64,000 nucleotides of DNA from Gammaproteobacteria bacterium (lineage in GTDB: Bacteria > Pseudomonadota > Gammaproteobacteria > GCA-2400775). Made by a program: the position numbers and the translations under genes. The notes under the pieces are model-generated. The model worked only from the letters and a program-made list of their open reading frames with translations, was not told the origin of the DNA and made no database searches. The stretch spans positions 1,425 through 65,424 of the forward strand of contig WGFU01000037.1 in NCBI GenBank assembly GCA_015492075.1, read 5' to 3'. Below are positions 40,671 to 51,259 of this stretch, in pieces (the first letter of the stretch is position 1; each line of letters opens with the position of its first letter).

Positions 40671-41076
40671 GCCCACCTTCCTTTATCTGCGGCGGATAAA
40701 TAAACACTCCATCACGACCGCCATAAGCCGCCTTGGCAGATAATTCGTCAAGGTCATCGCCCGAATAATTGAATACGCGAATCAACATCGGCAAGTTCAC
40801 CCCCAAAACCACGGCGACCTTTCCCGGCTGATAAAACAGGGTGGCGATGTTACTTGGTGTGCTGCCGTACAAATCGCTCAAAATCAACACGCCAGAACCG
40901 CTATTCAGATCATCCAGCTTTTTCGCGATACTCTGCAACAGCTGCTCCGGCATCGCCGTATGGGCTACAGCCAACTCACTAACATCACCCTGGTAATTAC
41001 CACAAATCGATCTGGCAGCTGACAATAAACCAGAGCCGACATGCTCGTGACTAATCAACAGTAAGCCAACACTCAT
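40660..41076 (-). CDS. stand-alone mannose/fructose-type PTS EIIA
   Basis: LISH, DLYGSTPSN, GVNLPML. Confidence 0.9.
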   Translation of the reverse strand: MSVGLLLISHEHVGSGLLSAARSICGNYQGDVSELAVAHTAMPEQLLQSIAKKLDDLNSGSGVLILSDLYGSTPSNIATLFYQPGKVAVVLGVNLPMLIRVFNYSGDDLDELSAKAAYGGRDGVFIYPPQIKEGGHAK

Positions 41077-41933
41077 ATCAATTCTCTATGCCTAACCAGC
41101 AACGATGAGCATTCATCGCGCAAGCCATCAGCAATACTCTCGACCAAAAAGACTGAGCGATGCTGGCCGCCGGTACAACCGATAGCAATTGTCAGGTAAC
41201 TTCGATTTTCCATAGCATAGCGTGGCAACCACGTCTGCAGATAGTGTTTGATATCTGCCAGCATACTCATGACATCTTCTTGCCGCGATAGAAACAATTT
41301 TACATCATCGTCGATACCGGTTAACTTACGTAATTGCGGGTCCCAATGCGGATTGGGCAAACAACGCACATCAAAAACAAAGTTTGCATCAACGGGCACG
41401 CCGTTTTTAAAACCAAATGACGTCAGCAAAACAGAAAGGCCATCACCCTCTTTTTTGCCGACACGCTGTGCCAGCATGTCGCGCAATTGATGAACATTCG
41501 TATAAGTCGTATCAATACGAAGATCGGCGAACTCTGATATTACAGAAAGCAATGATGACTCTTTATCAATCGCTTCAGCAAGCGAGACCTTGTCGCTGGT
41601 CAGCGGGTGCTTACGTCGCGTTTCACTAAATCGACGGATCAGTGTTTCTTTTTTTGCATCAAGAAACAGCACCTCCACTGGCACCTTAAGCTGGTGAATT
41701 TTTCCCAGCACATCAGAAAAGTCGTGGATATCCTGCACCATATTGCGCGCATCGATCGCCACTGCACTCAGTCGGTTAACGGCATTGTCTGCCGAGCGCA
41801 ACATCTGTTTGGCAAAATCCGGCAGCAGTCCGGCCGGTAGATTATCGATGCAGTAATAACCCAGGTCTTCCAAAGTGCCTAAGGCAACACTCTTGCCAGA
41901 ACCCGACAAACCGCTGACTATGATGAGCTTCAT
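41073..41933 (-). CDS. rapZ: RNase adapter RapZ
   Basis: GLSGSGKS, DNLP, SFGFK.G, DVRCLPNP, GCTGGQHRS. Confidence 0.96.
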   Translation of the reverse strand: MKLIIVSGLSGSGKSVALGTLEDLGYYCIDNLPAGLLPDFAKQMLRSADNAVNRLSAVAIDARNMVQDIHDFSDVLGKIHQLKVPVEVLFLDAKKETLIRRFSETRRKHPLTSDKVSLAEAIDKESSLLSVISEFADLRIDTTYTNVHQLRDMLAQRVGKKEGDGLSVLLTSFGFKNGVPVDANFVFDVRCLPNPHWDPQLRKLTGIDDDVKLFLSRQEDVMSMLADIKHYLQTWLPRYAMENRSYLTIAIGCTGGQHRSVFLVESIADGLRDECSSLLVRHRELI

Positions 41934-42889
41934 TCTTGTTGGTCTTCGTTTAAGCGCGCATCGTGCTTGCCGAGAAAATCATCCACGGCGTTATAACCAC
42001 GGTATAGCAGCACGTGATTTCGAACTGCAGTTTCTACCAACACCGCAAGGTTACGGCCCGCTGCCACAGGTAAAATAATCTGTGCCACTTCGATTCCGAG
42101 AATATCAATACTCTGGCGGCTACCGCGCAAACGGTCAACCTGAGCCAACTGCTCTTCATCAAGGTGATCTATATGAATCACCAAACGCAGTTGCTTGGTT
42201 TGTTTTACTGCGCTATCACCGAACATCGCTCTGATATTGAGCACACCCAGTCCGCGCACTTCGATAAAATCACGCAACGGTGGTGGACAGCTGCCCTTAA
42301 TCATTGCAGTTCCTGAAAGCATAAAAAGTGGTGCATCGTCAGCCACCAATCGATGACCTCTGCTCACCAGTTCCAACGCCAGCTCGCTTTTCCCTATACC
42401 GCTGGGGCCAGTTAGTAAGACGCCGGTTCCTAATACTTCCATAAACACGCCGTGCATCACCACGTGTTCAGCAACTAACTGTGTTAAGTAATAATGTAGG
42501 TGATTAACAATTTTATAACTACCGGCATTGGATTTTAATAAAGGTGTTTGCGTGATACGTGCCTGCGCCTCAAACACATCGGGTGCAGCAATACCCTCAG
42601 CCAGGATGATAGTCGCTGGCTTACTGGAAAATAACCGCGCCACCGTATCAGCATAGGAATTCTTGCCCAGCCCTTGTAAAAACTCGAGTTCGCTGGCACC
42701 AATAACCTGAACACGGTTTGGCTTGATAACATTAAGAAAGCCAACAAGTGGTAGAGGCTCATCCGCAGCATCAGCAACAAGCGATGTTGCAATGGTGCGA
42801 TCGGCACCCTCTTCGCCAGCCACCCATGACAACATGAGCGTTTTTTTATGCTGTGCAAAGAGGGTACCGACTGTGATCGGGTTGGTCAT
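41930..42889 (-). CDS. hprK: HPr kinase/phosphorylase
   Basis: HG, GPSGIGKSE, LVADD, EVRGLG, GRNLA. Confidence 0.96.
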   Translation of the reverse strand: MTNPITVGTLFAQHKKTLMLSWVAGEEGADRTIATSLVADAADEPLPLVGFLNVIKPNRVQVIGASELEFLQGLGKNSYADTVARLFSSKPATIILAEGIAAPDVFEAQARITQTPLLKSNAGSYKIVNHLHYYLTQLVAEHVVMHGVFMEVLGTGVLLTGPSGIGKSELALELVSRGHRLVADDAPLFMLSGTAMIKGSCPPPLRDFIEVRGLGVLNIRAMFGDSAVKQTKQLRLVIHIDHLDEEQLAQVDRLRGSRQSIDILGIEVAQIILPVAAGRNLAVLVETAVRNHVLLYRGYNAVDDFLGKHDARLNEDQQE

Positions 42890-42891
42890 GC

Positions 42892-43386
42892 CTATTCTAT
42901 AGATTTAGATTCAGGGGCTTCGGAATCGTTACGCGATGACTGGGATAATAATTCGTAAAGCTCTTCACTGCTCGCAGCCAGCCGCAGCTTTTCACGCATT
43001 GCAGGATTGCTAAACAGCTTTGCCAACTGTGCCAAAAGATCAAGGTGCTCGTCATTGGAGTCTTTCGGAACGAGCAAAGCAAACATATAGGCGACAGGCT
43101 CATTATCAATGGCATCAAAATCAACGCCTTTTTCAAAACGCATAAAAGCAGACACGGCATGATCGAGCTTACTTAAGCGGCCATGGGGTATTGCCACCCC
43201 ATGACCTATGCCAGTACTACCCAGTCGCTCACGCGCGACCAGGCTGTCGAACACCTCGGTCGCCAGCAAGGCATCTTCATCATTGGCAACCAGACTGCTC
43301 AGGTGCTCTAGCGCACACTTCTTACTGGTCGCGCGCGCGTTCGATACGATACGTTGCGGCGAAATGGTATCAGCAATATGAATCAC
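42892..43386 (-). CDS. ptsN: PTS EIIA-Ntr
   Basis: RERLGSTGIG.GVAIPHGR, FDAID. Confidence 0.95.
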   Translation of the reverse strand: MIHIADTISPQRIVSNARATSKKCALEHLSSLVANDEDALLATEVFDSLVARERLGSTGIGHGVAIPHGRLSKLDHAVSAFMRFEKGVDFDAIDNEPVAYMFALLVPKDSNDEHLDLLAQLAKLFSNPAMREKLRLAASSEELYELLSQSSRNDSEAPESKSIE

Positions 43387-43415
43387 TGTTTTGGCTCCAA
43401 ACCTGCTTCTCTGTT

Positions 43416-43712
43416 TTAGTGGGGGTGATGATTTGACTGCTTTTCTTTAAATTTTATCACCTGACGGTCAAGCTTATCGATCAAGCTGTCAATCGCCGCA
43501 TACATATCATTTTCAACTGAGTCGGCGTGCAGATTGCCACCATTAACATGTACAGTTGCTTCGGCTTTTTGACCTGGTTTTTCAACTGTCAGGGTGACAT
43601 GCACATTGCCGACCTGATCAAAATGCCGCTCAAGTCGCTCAAACTTACTGTTAACATAATCTTTCAATGCCTGGGTAATATCGACATGATGTCCGCTTAG
43701 GGTTAATTGCAT
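43416..43712 (-). CDS. hpf: ribosome hibernation promoting factor
   Basis: GHHVDIT.AL, DMYAAID; downstream of rpoN. Confidence 0.95.
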   Translation of the reverse strand: MQLTLSGHHVDITQALKDYVNSKFERLERHFDQVGNVHVTLTVEKPGQKAEATVHVNGGNLHADSVENDMYAAIDSLIDKLDRQVIKFKEKQSNHHPH

Positions 43713-43749
43713 AATATCTCCTTCACTGACTTTTAGGGGTTATAACACC

Positions 43750-45225
43750 CTAGGCCAAGCGCTTGCGCTCGTTCGAGGGTGGAATCATCATCGCCTCACG
43801 GTACTTGGCGATAGTGCGACGCGCGACGTTAATGCCTTGATCTTCCAATAGGCTGGCGATCTTGCTGTCGCTCAATGGTTTAGTGACGTTTTCAGCTGCG
43901 ACAAGTTTTTTGATCAAGGCACGTATCGCCGTCGCGGAACATTCACCGCCACTGGCGGTGCTGACATGGCTGGAAAAAAAATACTTGAGTTCAAATACAC
44001 CGCGCGGCGTACGCATGTATTTTCGCGTCGTGACACGGGAAATAGTGGATTCATGCATTTCCACTGCTTCAGCAATATCATGCAATACTAGCGGCTTCAT
44101 GGCTTCTTCACCATACTCCAGAAAGCCGCGTTGATGCTCGACAATACAGCTGGCCACTTTTAACAAGGTTTCATGGCGACTTTGCAGGCTTTTTATAAAC
44201 CAACGCGCCTCCTTCATCTGGTTTTTGAGATAGGTGGTATCGTCGCCACGGGCACCATTTTGCGCCATACGCGCGTAATGCTGGTTAATAGAAACCTTAG
44301 GTAAAGAATCGGTATTCAGTTCCACCTTCCATTTACCCTTGTCCTTTTTGACCATGACATCGGGCACAATATACTCAGAGTGACTGGCACTGATAGTGGC
44401 TCCCGGCCTGGGATTAAGCTGTTGAATCAAGGACACGACCTGTTGCAGCTCATCACGCGACAGCTTCAAGCGTCGTGTCAGCTGCGTAAAATCACGGCTG
44501 CCAAGCAATTGAATATGCTCTTCCAAAAGCAACTTGGCCTCGGCATACCATTCGATACTCTTATCGTACTGATTAAGCTGTATCAGCAAAGTTTCACGCA
44601 AATCACGGCCAGCGACCCCGAGCGGGTCGAAATGCTGGACGCGACGCAGTACGGCCTCAACCTCATCAAGCTCCACTTCTTCAAAGTCGTCAATCACACT
44701 ATTGCGCAGCTCTTCCAACGACGTCTGCAAATAACCGTCCTCGCCAAGGCTGTCTATAATCGCCCCAGCAATCGCCGCATCAGCCGGGCTGAACGGGGTC
44801 AACATCATTTGCCACTTAAGGTGTTCTTGCAATGAAGGTGTGGCGCTATCGGATTGCTCAAAATCACGCTCAGGCGCGGCGGGAGTTGCCATTGCCGTGG
44901 GCGCATAATCATAGACGTCATCCCAGGCACTATCGACAGGGAGTTCTTCCGGAATATTTTGGCTGTCTTGCAGATTAATGTCGTCATCAGGCTGGTCATT
45001 GACGGCGGCATCGCCACCCTCTCTGTCTTGAGTGGCTCTGTCGCTGTCAGCGCGCTCGTTTTGCGCCGCTTCTTCCGCCATTTCCAGCAGCGGGTTGCTA
45101 TCGAGAGCCTCTTGAACCTCGGCCTGTAATTCTAGCGCTGAAAGCTGCAACAGACGTATCGCCTGTTGCAGTTGAGGCGTCATCGTAAGATGTTGCCCTA
45201 GGCGAAGCTGAAGACTCTGTTTCAT
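43750..45225 (-). CDS. rpoN: sigma-54 factor
   Basis: [29 protein letters not shown]. Confidence 0.98.
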   Translation of the reverse strand: MKQSLQLRLGQHLTMTPQLQQAIRLLQLSALELQAEVQEALDSNPLLEMAEEAAQNERADSDRATQDREGGDAAVNDQPDDDINLQDSQNIPEELPVDSAWDDVYDYAPTAMATPAAPERDFEQSDSATPSLQEHLKWQMMLTPFSPADAAIAGAIIDSLGEDGYLQTSLEELRNSVIDDFEEVELDEVEAVLRRVQHFDPLGVAGRDLRETLLIQLNQYDKSIEWYAEAKLLLEEHIQLLGSRDFTQLTRRLKLSRDELQQVVSLIQQLNPRPGATISASHSEYIVPDVMVKKDKGKWKVELNTDSLPKVSINQHYARMAQNGARGDDTTYLKNQMKEARWFIKSLQSRHETLLKVASCIVEHQRGFLEYGEEAMKPLVLHDIAEAVEMHESTISRVTTRKYMRTPRGVFELKYFFSSHVSTASGGECSATAIRALIKKLVAAENVTKPLSDSKIASLLEDQGINVARRTIAKYREAMMIPPSNERKRLA

Positions 45226-45310
45226 GAACTCGTACTACACACTTGGCTATCTACGCCTTTTCACAGTATTGATTTCATTCTAGCGCAAATGATGTGCCAG
45301 CACAGCGTTT

Positions 45311-46036
45311 TCATATTCTGAATTCTTCTCCCAAGTAGACCTTTCTCACTTGCTCATTGGCTAACACGTCTTGCGGCTCCCCCTCAGCGATCACCGCCCC
45401 ATTATTAACAATGTAGGCACGCTGGCAGATTGACAAGGTCTCACGGACATTATGATCGGTAATCAAAACGCCGATATTGCGCTCACTTAAATGTCTTATT
45501 ATTCTTTGTATATCGACCACGGAAATCGGATCAACACCCGCAAACGGCTCATCCAGCAAAATAAACCCCGGGTCACTGGCCAGGGCGCGGGCGATTTCCA
45601 GCCGTCGCCGCTCGCCGCCAGAAAGCGACATCCCCAGCGATGGCGCTAAATGAGCGAGGCTGAACTCATCCAATAATTGCTGCAACCGTAGCTGGCGCTC
45701 GCCGGGCGACAGTTTCTTTTGTGTTTCGAGCACCGCATTGATGTTGTCGGCAACGCTGAGTTTGCGGAAAACAGAGGCCTCTTGCGCGAGATAGCCGAGA
45801 CCCAGGCGCGCACGCGCATGCATCGGCAAGCGGGTGATATCCATCTCATCGATCATAACCCTGCCTGCATCGACAGCAACAAGGCCAACGATCATATAAA
45901 AGCAGGTTGTCTTGCCGGCGCCGTTAGGACCGAGCAAACCGACGACTTCACCGCGACTCAACTCCAGCGATACCTGCTTAACCACCTGGCGCGCGCGATA
46001 ACGTTTGGCCAAACCCAGCGCCCTAAGCGTATTCAT
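45311..46036 (-). CDS. lptB: LPS export ATP-binding protein
   Basis: [33 protein letters not shown]. Confidence 0.96.
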   Translation of the reverse strand: MNTLRALGLAKRYRARQVVKQVSLELSRGEVVGLLGPNGAGKTTCFYMIVGLVAVDAGRVMIDEMDITRLPMHARARLGLGYLAQEASVFRKLSVADNINAVLETQKKLSPGERQLRLQQLLDEFSLAHLAPSLGMSLSGGERRRLEIARALASDPGFILLDEPFAGVDPISVVDIQRIIRHLSERNIGVLITDHNVRETLSICQRAYIVNNGAVIAEGEPQDVLANEQVRKVYLGEEFRI

Positions 46037-46058
46037 AGGAAAATTACGTCCTGACCAC

Positions 46059-46580
46059 TTATTGCCCGCCGCCCTCACCATTGTTCAGCGTTGCAGGTTG
46101 AATAATAATCTTGATGCGCTCGCTGCCATCGTCGGCACGTTTCGCTTTTACCTTTTCGTTAACCGTGTCGTAGCGCAGATAATTTCCGGTAAAAACGTCG
46201 CCGTCACGCGTTAACTTGGCCTGATTACGCATGGTCAATATGCCATCAACAACGTTGTAATGGATATGTTTTGCATTACCCAGCACGGGGCTTTGGTTCA
46301 ATTCAAGTTGTTGCTGAAACCTGGCCGGCGCGCCAATGGAGGTGAGCGAACTGAATTTGCGGTCCTTGGTTTTGATGGTGACTTCATCGCCGCGGATTTC
46401 CATTGTGCCCTGTTTGATCAGGACGTTACCACGATAGATACCGATACCTTTGGCCTCGTCAAGGTCTGCGCTGTCCGCCTCGACATAGACTTCTTGCTCG
46501 CGATCGCTCTGTAAGGCATAGGCCGGAACCAACAGTGCGGGTGACAATAAAGCAACAATACTAAGAACCAGGTACCGCAT
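46059..46580 (-). CDS. lptA: LPS transport periplasmic protein
   Basis: [20 protein letters not shown]; synteny. Confidence 0.93.
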   Translation of the reverse strand: MRYLVLSIVALLSPALLVPAYALQSDREQEVYVEADSADLDEAKGIGIYRGNVLIKQGTMEIRGDEVTIKTKDRKFSSLTSIGAPARFQQQLELNQSPVLGNAKHIHYNVVDGILTMRNQAKLTRDGDVFTGNYLRYDTVNEKVKAKRADDGSERIKIIIQPATLNNGEGGGQ

Positions 46581-47154
46581 AGCGTCCTCTTACACGATGT
46601 GTTAACAATAAACCATTTTCTGCAAAATGCGCGCGCATCCCGACAGACTCGGTAACCCCTCTGTCAGCCACAATCAATGCTTCTTTATCTGTCACAGCAA
46701 TATCCGTGAGTAAATCGATATCGACATCACGGGTATCAATTTTAATCGCCTCATTCACTTCGTCGCGCTCACGCCAAGCTACCACCTTGCCTTGCAAACG
46801 CAGGGTATCGCCATCAGCGGAGAGCCAGCCTCGCGCCGCGTCAATATTCCAGGGGGGGGTGTCCGCGTTATAAACAACCACATGAGGCTGATCCACCGTC
46901 GCGGTTTGGTCATCGGCATAATGCAGCAGTGTCGGCGCGCTCATGCGTCGGCGCGGTCTGCCGTCAGCGTCCATCACCACCGCTTCAAAAGCTTCAATGG
47001 TAAAATCAGGGATATGCGGTACAGCAGCTGTCTCGATTACTGCCGGTGCCGGATCACGCGCCTGGCCGCGCAGCCAAAGACTGGCAGCTGCCATCACCAG
47101 TACGCCGACAAAAATCAGCACATTACCGCGATTAATCAGACGATTCATGGTCAC
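46561..47154 (-). CDS. lptC: LPS export protein LptC
   Basis: N-terminal TM followed by a beta-rich domain; lies between kdsC and lptA. Confidence 0.88.
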   Translation of the reverse strand: MTMNRLINRGNVLIFVGVLVMAAASLWLRGQARDPAPAVIETAAVPHIPDFTIEAFEAVVMDADGRPRRRMSAPTLLHYADDQTATVDQPHVVVYNADTPPWNIDAARGWLSADGDTLRLQGKVVAWRERDEVNEAIKIDTRDVDIDLLTDIAVTDKEALIVADRGVTESVGMRAHFAENGLLLTHRVRGRYAVPGS

Positions 47155-47157
47155 AGC

Positions 47158-47727
47158 TTAACGCTGATCGACATTTGGCGCTATATATGAGTGTAACATC
47201 GCATCAAGCCTGCCCTGCGCATGCAGCAACATTTCACAGGCATCGCGCGCAGCGCCGGCGCCGCCATTTTTTTCTGTTACCCAATGACAATGTTCCAGCA
47301 CAAAAGGATGTGCATCCGCCGTTGCAATCGCCAGACCGACTTGCGTCATAACCGGCAAGTCGACCACGTCATCACCCATAAAAGCCACTTCTTCAGGCAC
47401 CAGGCTCAGCTGTTCGAGCAAGGCTTTATAGGCATGTCGCTTATCACGCTGGCCTTGATGAACAAGAGAGATACCAAGATTTTGCATGCGATATTTAACC
47501 GTTTCAGATTGGCGGCCAGTAATAATAGCCATCTCCACGCCACTGTCATGTAACATCTTGATGCCATGACCATCACGCGAATGAAAAGCCTTGGACTCGA
47601 CGCCCTTGTCGTCAAAATACAGGCGGCCATCGGTTAACACGCCGTCAACGTCAAAGATCAGTAAGCGAATTTTTTCAGCGCGCCGCGCGATATCTTCAGC
47701 AAGTTTCAAAGTAACCATCTCCATCAA
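47158..47727 (-). CDS. kdsC: KDO-8-phosphate phosphatase
   Basis: DVDGVLTDG, RDGHG, GDD.VD. Confidence 0.95.
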   Translation of the reverse strand: MMEMVTLKLAEDIARRAEKIRLLIFDVDGVLTDGRLYFDDKGVESKAFHSRDGHGIKMLHDSGVEMAIITGRQSETVKYRMQNLGISLVHQGQRDKRHAYKALLEQLSLVPEEVAFMGDDVVDLPVMTQVGLAIATADAHPFVLEHCHWVTEKNGGAGAARDACEMLLHAQGRLDAMLHSYIAPNVDQR

Positions 47728-47866
47728 GAAGTGCCTGAATCATTCAGGCTATCAAAAAACATTCTTAGCAAATTTGCCGTTAGACCGGGTAACGGGAAAA
47801 ACGGGAGTATGGATAAATATCGCGTATTCCAAAACAGTTTGGCACCGTCAATACGTATATGCGTTG

Positions 47867-48838
47867 CTAAACGACGCCCGCCTTTAACAAGTCATGCATA
47901 TTAAAAGCACCCACCACGGTGTTATCGTCATCCACTACCGGGAAGGAATTGATCTTATACTCTTCCATGATCTGCAAGGCCTCGGCTGCCAGTATATTCG
48001 CGCTAACGGTTTTGCAATCTGCGGTCATCACGTCGCTGATGCGACCAGCGCGAATATCAAAGCCTCTATCCAGTAAGCGCCGCAAGTCACCATCGGTGAT
48101 TAAACCTACCATTTTATTATTATCGTCAACAATAATTGTCATGCCCAAGCCTTTTTTTGTCATTTCCAGCAAGGCGCTATGGAAGCTGGCATTCTCCTTA
48201 ACTCTGGGTATGGCATCACCACTTCGCATCAGATCTGACACATACAATAAAAGACGGCGGCCCAAGCGCCCGCCCGGATGCGAACGGGCGAAATCATCGG
48301 CAGTGAAGCCGCGCGCCTCTAACAAGGCGACCGCTAAGGCATCACCCATGACCAAGGTCGCCGTCGTACTCGAAGTCGGTGCCAGCCCCAATGGGCATGC
48401 CTCTTCTTCAATGCCGATATTAAGGTGCACATCTGCCAACTCGGCAATCGTTGAACAATGATTCCCTGTCATCGCCACCAGGGGGACATGCAAACGCTTG
48501 ATAACGGGCAGAATAGTAATAATTTCGTCAGTTTCACCGGAATTGGAAATCGCCAGCACGACGTCATCAGCGGTAATCATACCAAGGTCACCATGACTGG
48601 CCTCTCCGGGGTGAACAAAAAAGGCGGGGGAGCCGGTACTGGCTAAGGTCGCCGCGATCTTGTTGCCGATATGACCGGACTTACCCATACCAAGAACAAT
48701 AATGCGGCCCTTGCATTCGAGCATCAAGACGCAGGCCTGAACAAAAACATCATCAATACGCTGTTTTAATAGTGCGATCGAACGCATCTCGATATCGATT
48801 ACCGCGCGCGCCAACTGCTTCAATTTCGTTTTATCCAT
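47867..48838 (-). CDS. kdsD: arabinose-5-phosphate isomerase
   Basis: GMGKSGH, EASHGDLG, APTSST, HPGG, CBS pair. Confidence 0.96.
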   Translation of the reverse strand: MDKTKLKQLARAVIDIEMRSIALLKQRIDDVFVQACVLMLECKGRIIVLGMGKSGHIGNKIAATLASTGSPAFFVHPGEASHGDLGMITADDVVLAISNSGETDEIITILPVIKRLHVPLVAMTGNHCSTIAELADVHLNIGIEEEACPLGLAPTSSTTATLVMGDALAVALLEARGFTADDFARSHPGGRLGRRLLLYVSDLMRSGDAIPRVKENASFHSALLEMTKKGLGMTIIVDDNNKMVGLITDGDLRRLLDRGFDIRAGRISDVMTADCKTVSANILAAEALQIMEEYKINSFPVVDDDNTVVGAFNMHDLLKAGVV

Positions 48839-48847
48839 TCGCTATAC

Positions 48848-49819
48848 TCAAACAGCCAAAGATTGATAATAGATGAACACCATATAGGCTATAAAGACTG
48901 TCAACAATATCGCGCCTTCCCAACGCATAATATAACCCGCTTTACGAACGCCCCTGGCCATTAAAAACAGGGCTACGGTCAAGGCGAGAGTTATCGGCGC
49001 ATCGCGATAAAGTGCTTCTTGTGCAAAGGGCCCCGGCGCAAATAAAGCGGGCATAGCCAGCACCAGCAGAAAATTGAAAATATTTGAACCGACTACGTTA
49101 CCAATAGCAATATCATGCTCACCCTTGAGTGCGCTGGTCACCGATGCCGCCAGCTCAGGCAAGCTGGTGCCAATGGCAACGATAGACAGGCCTATGACAA
49201 GATCACTAACCCCCATAGCATGAGCAATATCAACTGCACCCCAGACCAGGAGCTTGGCACTGGCGACCAGCAGCACCAATCCCACCAACAACCAAATCAA
49301 TGCTTTGGCCATCGACCCCTGCTCTTTGAGCTCATCATCAAACTCAAGCTTAATCGGGTCACTGGCACCTGCGCTGCGCGATAAACGTATTAAGATAGCC
49401 ATGACCACCACCATTGCGATCAACAACAGCACTCCTTCTAACTGGCCAAGAGTGCCATCAAACATCAATGCGATCACCGCAACATTAATAATGAGCAGGA
49501 TCGGCAGCTCGCGCCTCAGTGTTACTGAATGCACGGCCAGCGGCGTCACCAACGCCGTAATACCTAGCACCAATGCAATATTGGCAATATTGGAACCATA
49601 GACGTTACCGATAGCAAGTCCAGGGTTACCCCGCAAAGAGGCGGACAAAGACACCAAGGCCTCAGGTGCCGACGTGCCAATACTAACGATTGTTAGACCG
49701 ATCAGTATGGGTGGCACTTTACAATGTGTCGCCGTCTGTGCAGCACCAAAGATAAAGCGATCAGCACTCCATACTAAAACAACGAGGCCAGCTATCACTG
49801 CAGCAACGGAAACCATCAT
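48848..49819 (-). CDS. Ca2+/Na+ antiporter (YrbG-like)
   Basis: GTSAPE / GTSLPE and GSNI repeats. Confidence 0.93.
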   Translation of the reverse strand: MMVSVAAVIAGLVVLVWSADRFIFGAAQTATHCKVPPILIGLTIVSIGTSAPEALVSLSASLRGNPGLAIGNVYGSNIANIALVLGITALVTPLAVHSVTLRRELPILLIINVAVIALMFDGTLGQLEGVLLLIAMVVVMAILIRLSRSAGASDPIKLEFDDELKEQGSMAKALIWLLVGLVLLVASAKLLVWGAVDIAHAMGVSDLVIGLSIVAIGTSLPELAASVTSALKGEHDIAIGNVVGSNIFNFLLVLAMPALFAPGPFAQEALYRDAPITLALTVALFLMARGVRKAGYIMRWEGAILLTVFIAYMVFIYYQSLAV

Positions 49820-50691
49820 GCTTGCTTAACCCAAAAATCCAGAAAAATACTCACAAAAACCACCAATCCAAACCAATTATTATTCAAAAATGCCTGAAAA
49901 AAATGTACTTTATCATTATCGCGCACCAACCATTGCTGATAAACAAAAAACAACGTTGCAGCAAATAAGCCAATATAGTAAACAGGGCTGGCAGCGATCC
50001 ACTTTCCGGCCAGTAGCAAGAGCAGCAGCACCAGTCCCTGCAATACTGAGACAATAATACGGTCGTAGCGGCCAAACAGTATTGCCGTTGATTTAACGCC
50101 TATGCGCAGATCATCATCACGATCCACCATACCGTAAAAAGTATCGTAGGCGACCGCCCACAAAACCGTTGTCAAAAACAGTAACCAGGCGAGTGGCGGG
50201 ATTTCTCCACGTATCGCGGCGAACGCCATGGGTATCGCCCAGGCAAAGGCAACACCGAGCACGACTTGCGGCACGTGGATATAGCGTTTAGTAAAGGGAT
50301 ATACCATCGCCAGCAATAAGGCTACCACGGATAGGGCAACCGTAAAAAAACCTAGAGTCAGCACCAGTATAAAGGATGTCATCACTAACACAGCAAAAAG
50401 CAGCCATGCTTCTTTGCTCGTCACCGCGCCGCTGACCAAAGGTCTTGCCCGGGTGCGCTCAACATGGCCATCAAATTCACGATCCGCGTAATCATTGATC
50501 ACGCAACCAGCCGAACGCATCAACACCACGCCGGCAACGAAAACAAATAGAACATGCCATGAAGGCACGCCCTCTGCAGCCATCCACAAGCCCCATAACG
50601 CAGGCCATAATAGCAATAGTATTCCAATCGGTTTATCGAGACGCATCAATCGTGCGTAAACAGGTAGACGACTGCAAATAGCAATACTCAT
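49816..50691 (-). CDS. ubiA: 4-hydroxybenzoate polyprenyltransferase
   Basis: MRLDKPIG, NDYADR..D, YDT.Y...DRDDD. Confidence 0.96.
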   Translation of the reverse strand: MSIAICSRLPVYARLMRLDKPIGILLLLWPALWGLWMAAEGVPSWHVLFVFVAGVVLMRSAGCVINDYADREFDGHVERTRARPLVSGAVTSKEAWLLFAVLVMTSFILVLTLGFFTVALSVVALLLAMVYPFTKRYIHVPQVVLGVAFAWAIPMAFAAIRGEIPPLAWLLFLTTVLWAVAYDTFYGMVDRDDDLRIGVKSTAILFGRYDRIIVSVLQGLVLLLLLLAGKWIAASPVYYIGLFAATLFFVYQQWLVRDNDKVHFFQAFLNNNWFGLVVFVSIFLDFWVKQA

Positions 50692-51248
50692 AGACAGCTA
50701 ATCGCCGGTAAAAACATTTCACTCACCAGCAGCGGCTGGCCGGCAAAGAAAAATACGCTGCGACGCCCCCATACACTATGATCTTTTTTCCCAGATTTTA
50801 GCCTTATGCCTTTCAACATGGCATTGCCACTAGCGACACATGCCACCTGCAAACCGCTGCGCAATACCGAGTGATCACGAAACAGAAGCTCGCCCAAAGG
50901 TTTGCGACCGAGCTGCGACAAGCGATGTCCGGCGCCGCGCAAAGTGCTATGGGGAATAATGGTGCGGGCAAAGATCAAAGGAATTCGGTCACAACACAAT
51001 ACGACTTCGCGACACAGTGCACGCGCGGCATCGGGCATTAGCAGCAAACGCCGTTCATTGAGCTGGGGGCGGACCCAACCATGTCGCACTATTTCCAGAT
51101 GAAAACGGCCACCGCAACGCGATTGCACTTTTTGTGTCAACGACTCAGGCGTTAGCATCCATTCACGCAAGGCGACCGGAATCTCTTCGTCGCGAGTCAA
51201 GTCGCGCCACTGTGGTTCTTGCTGATATTTACCCCAACGTATTTGCAC
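50688..51248 (-). CDS. ubiC: chorismate lyase
   Basis: SLT, REV.L, FART, PLG..LF, RRS.F, LLVSE.F. Confidence 0.9.
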   Translation of the reverse strand: MQIRWGKYQQEPQWRDLTRDEEIPVALREWMLTPESLTQKVQSRCGGRFHLEIVRHGWVRPQLNERRLLLMPDAARALCREVVLCCDRIPLIFARTIIPHSTLRGAGHRLSQLGRKPLGELLFRDHSVLRSGLQVACVASGNAMLKGIRLKSGKKDHSVWGRRSVFFFAGQPLLVSEMFLPAISCL

Positions 51249-51259
51249 TGTTTATCCCA

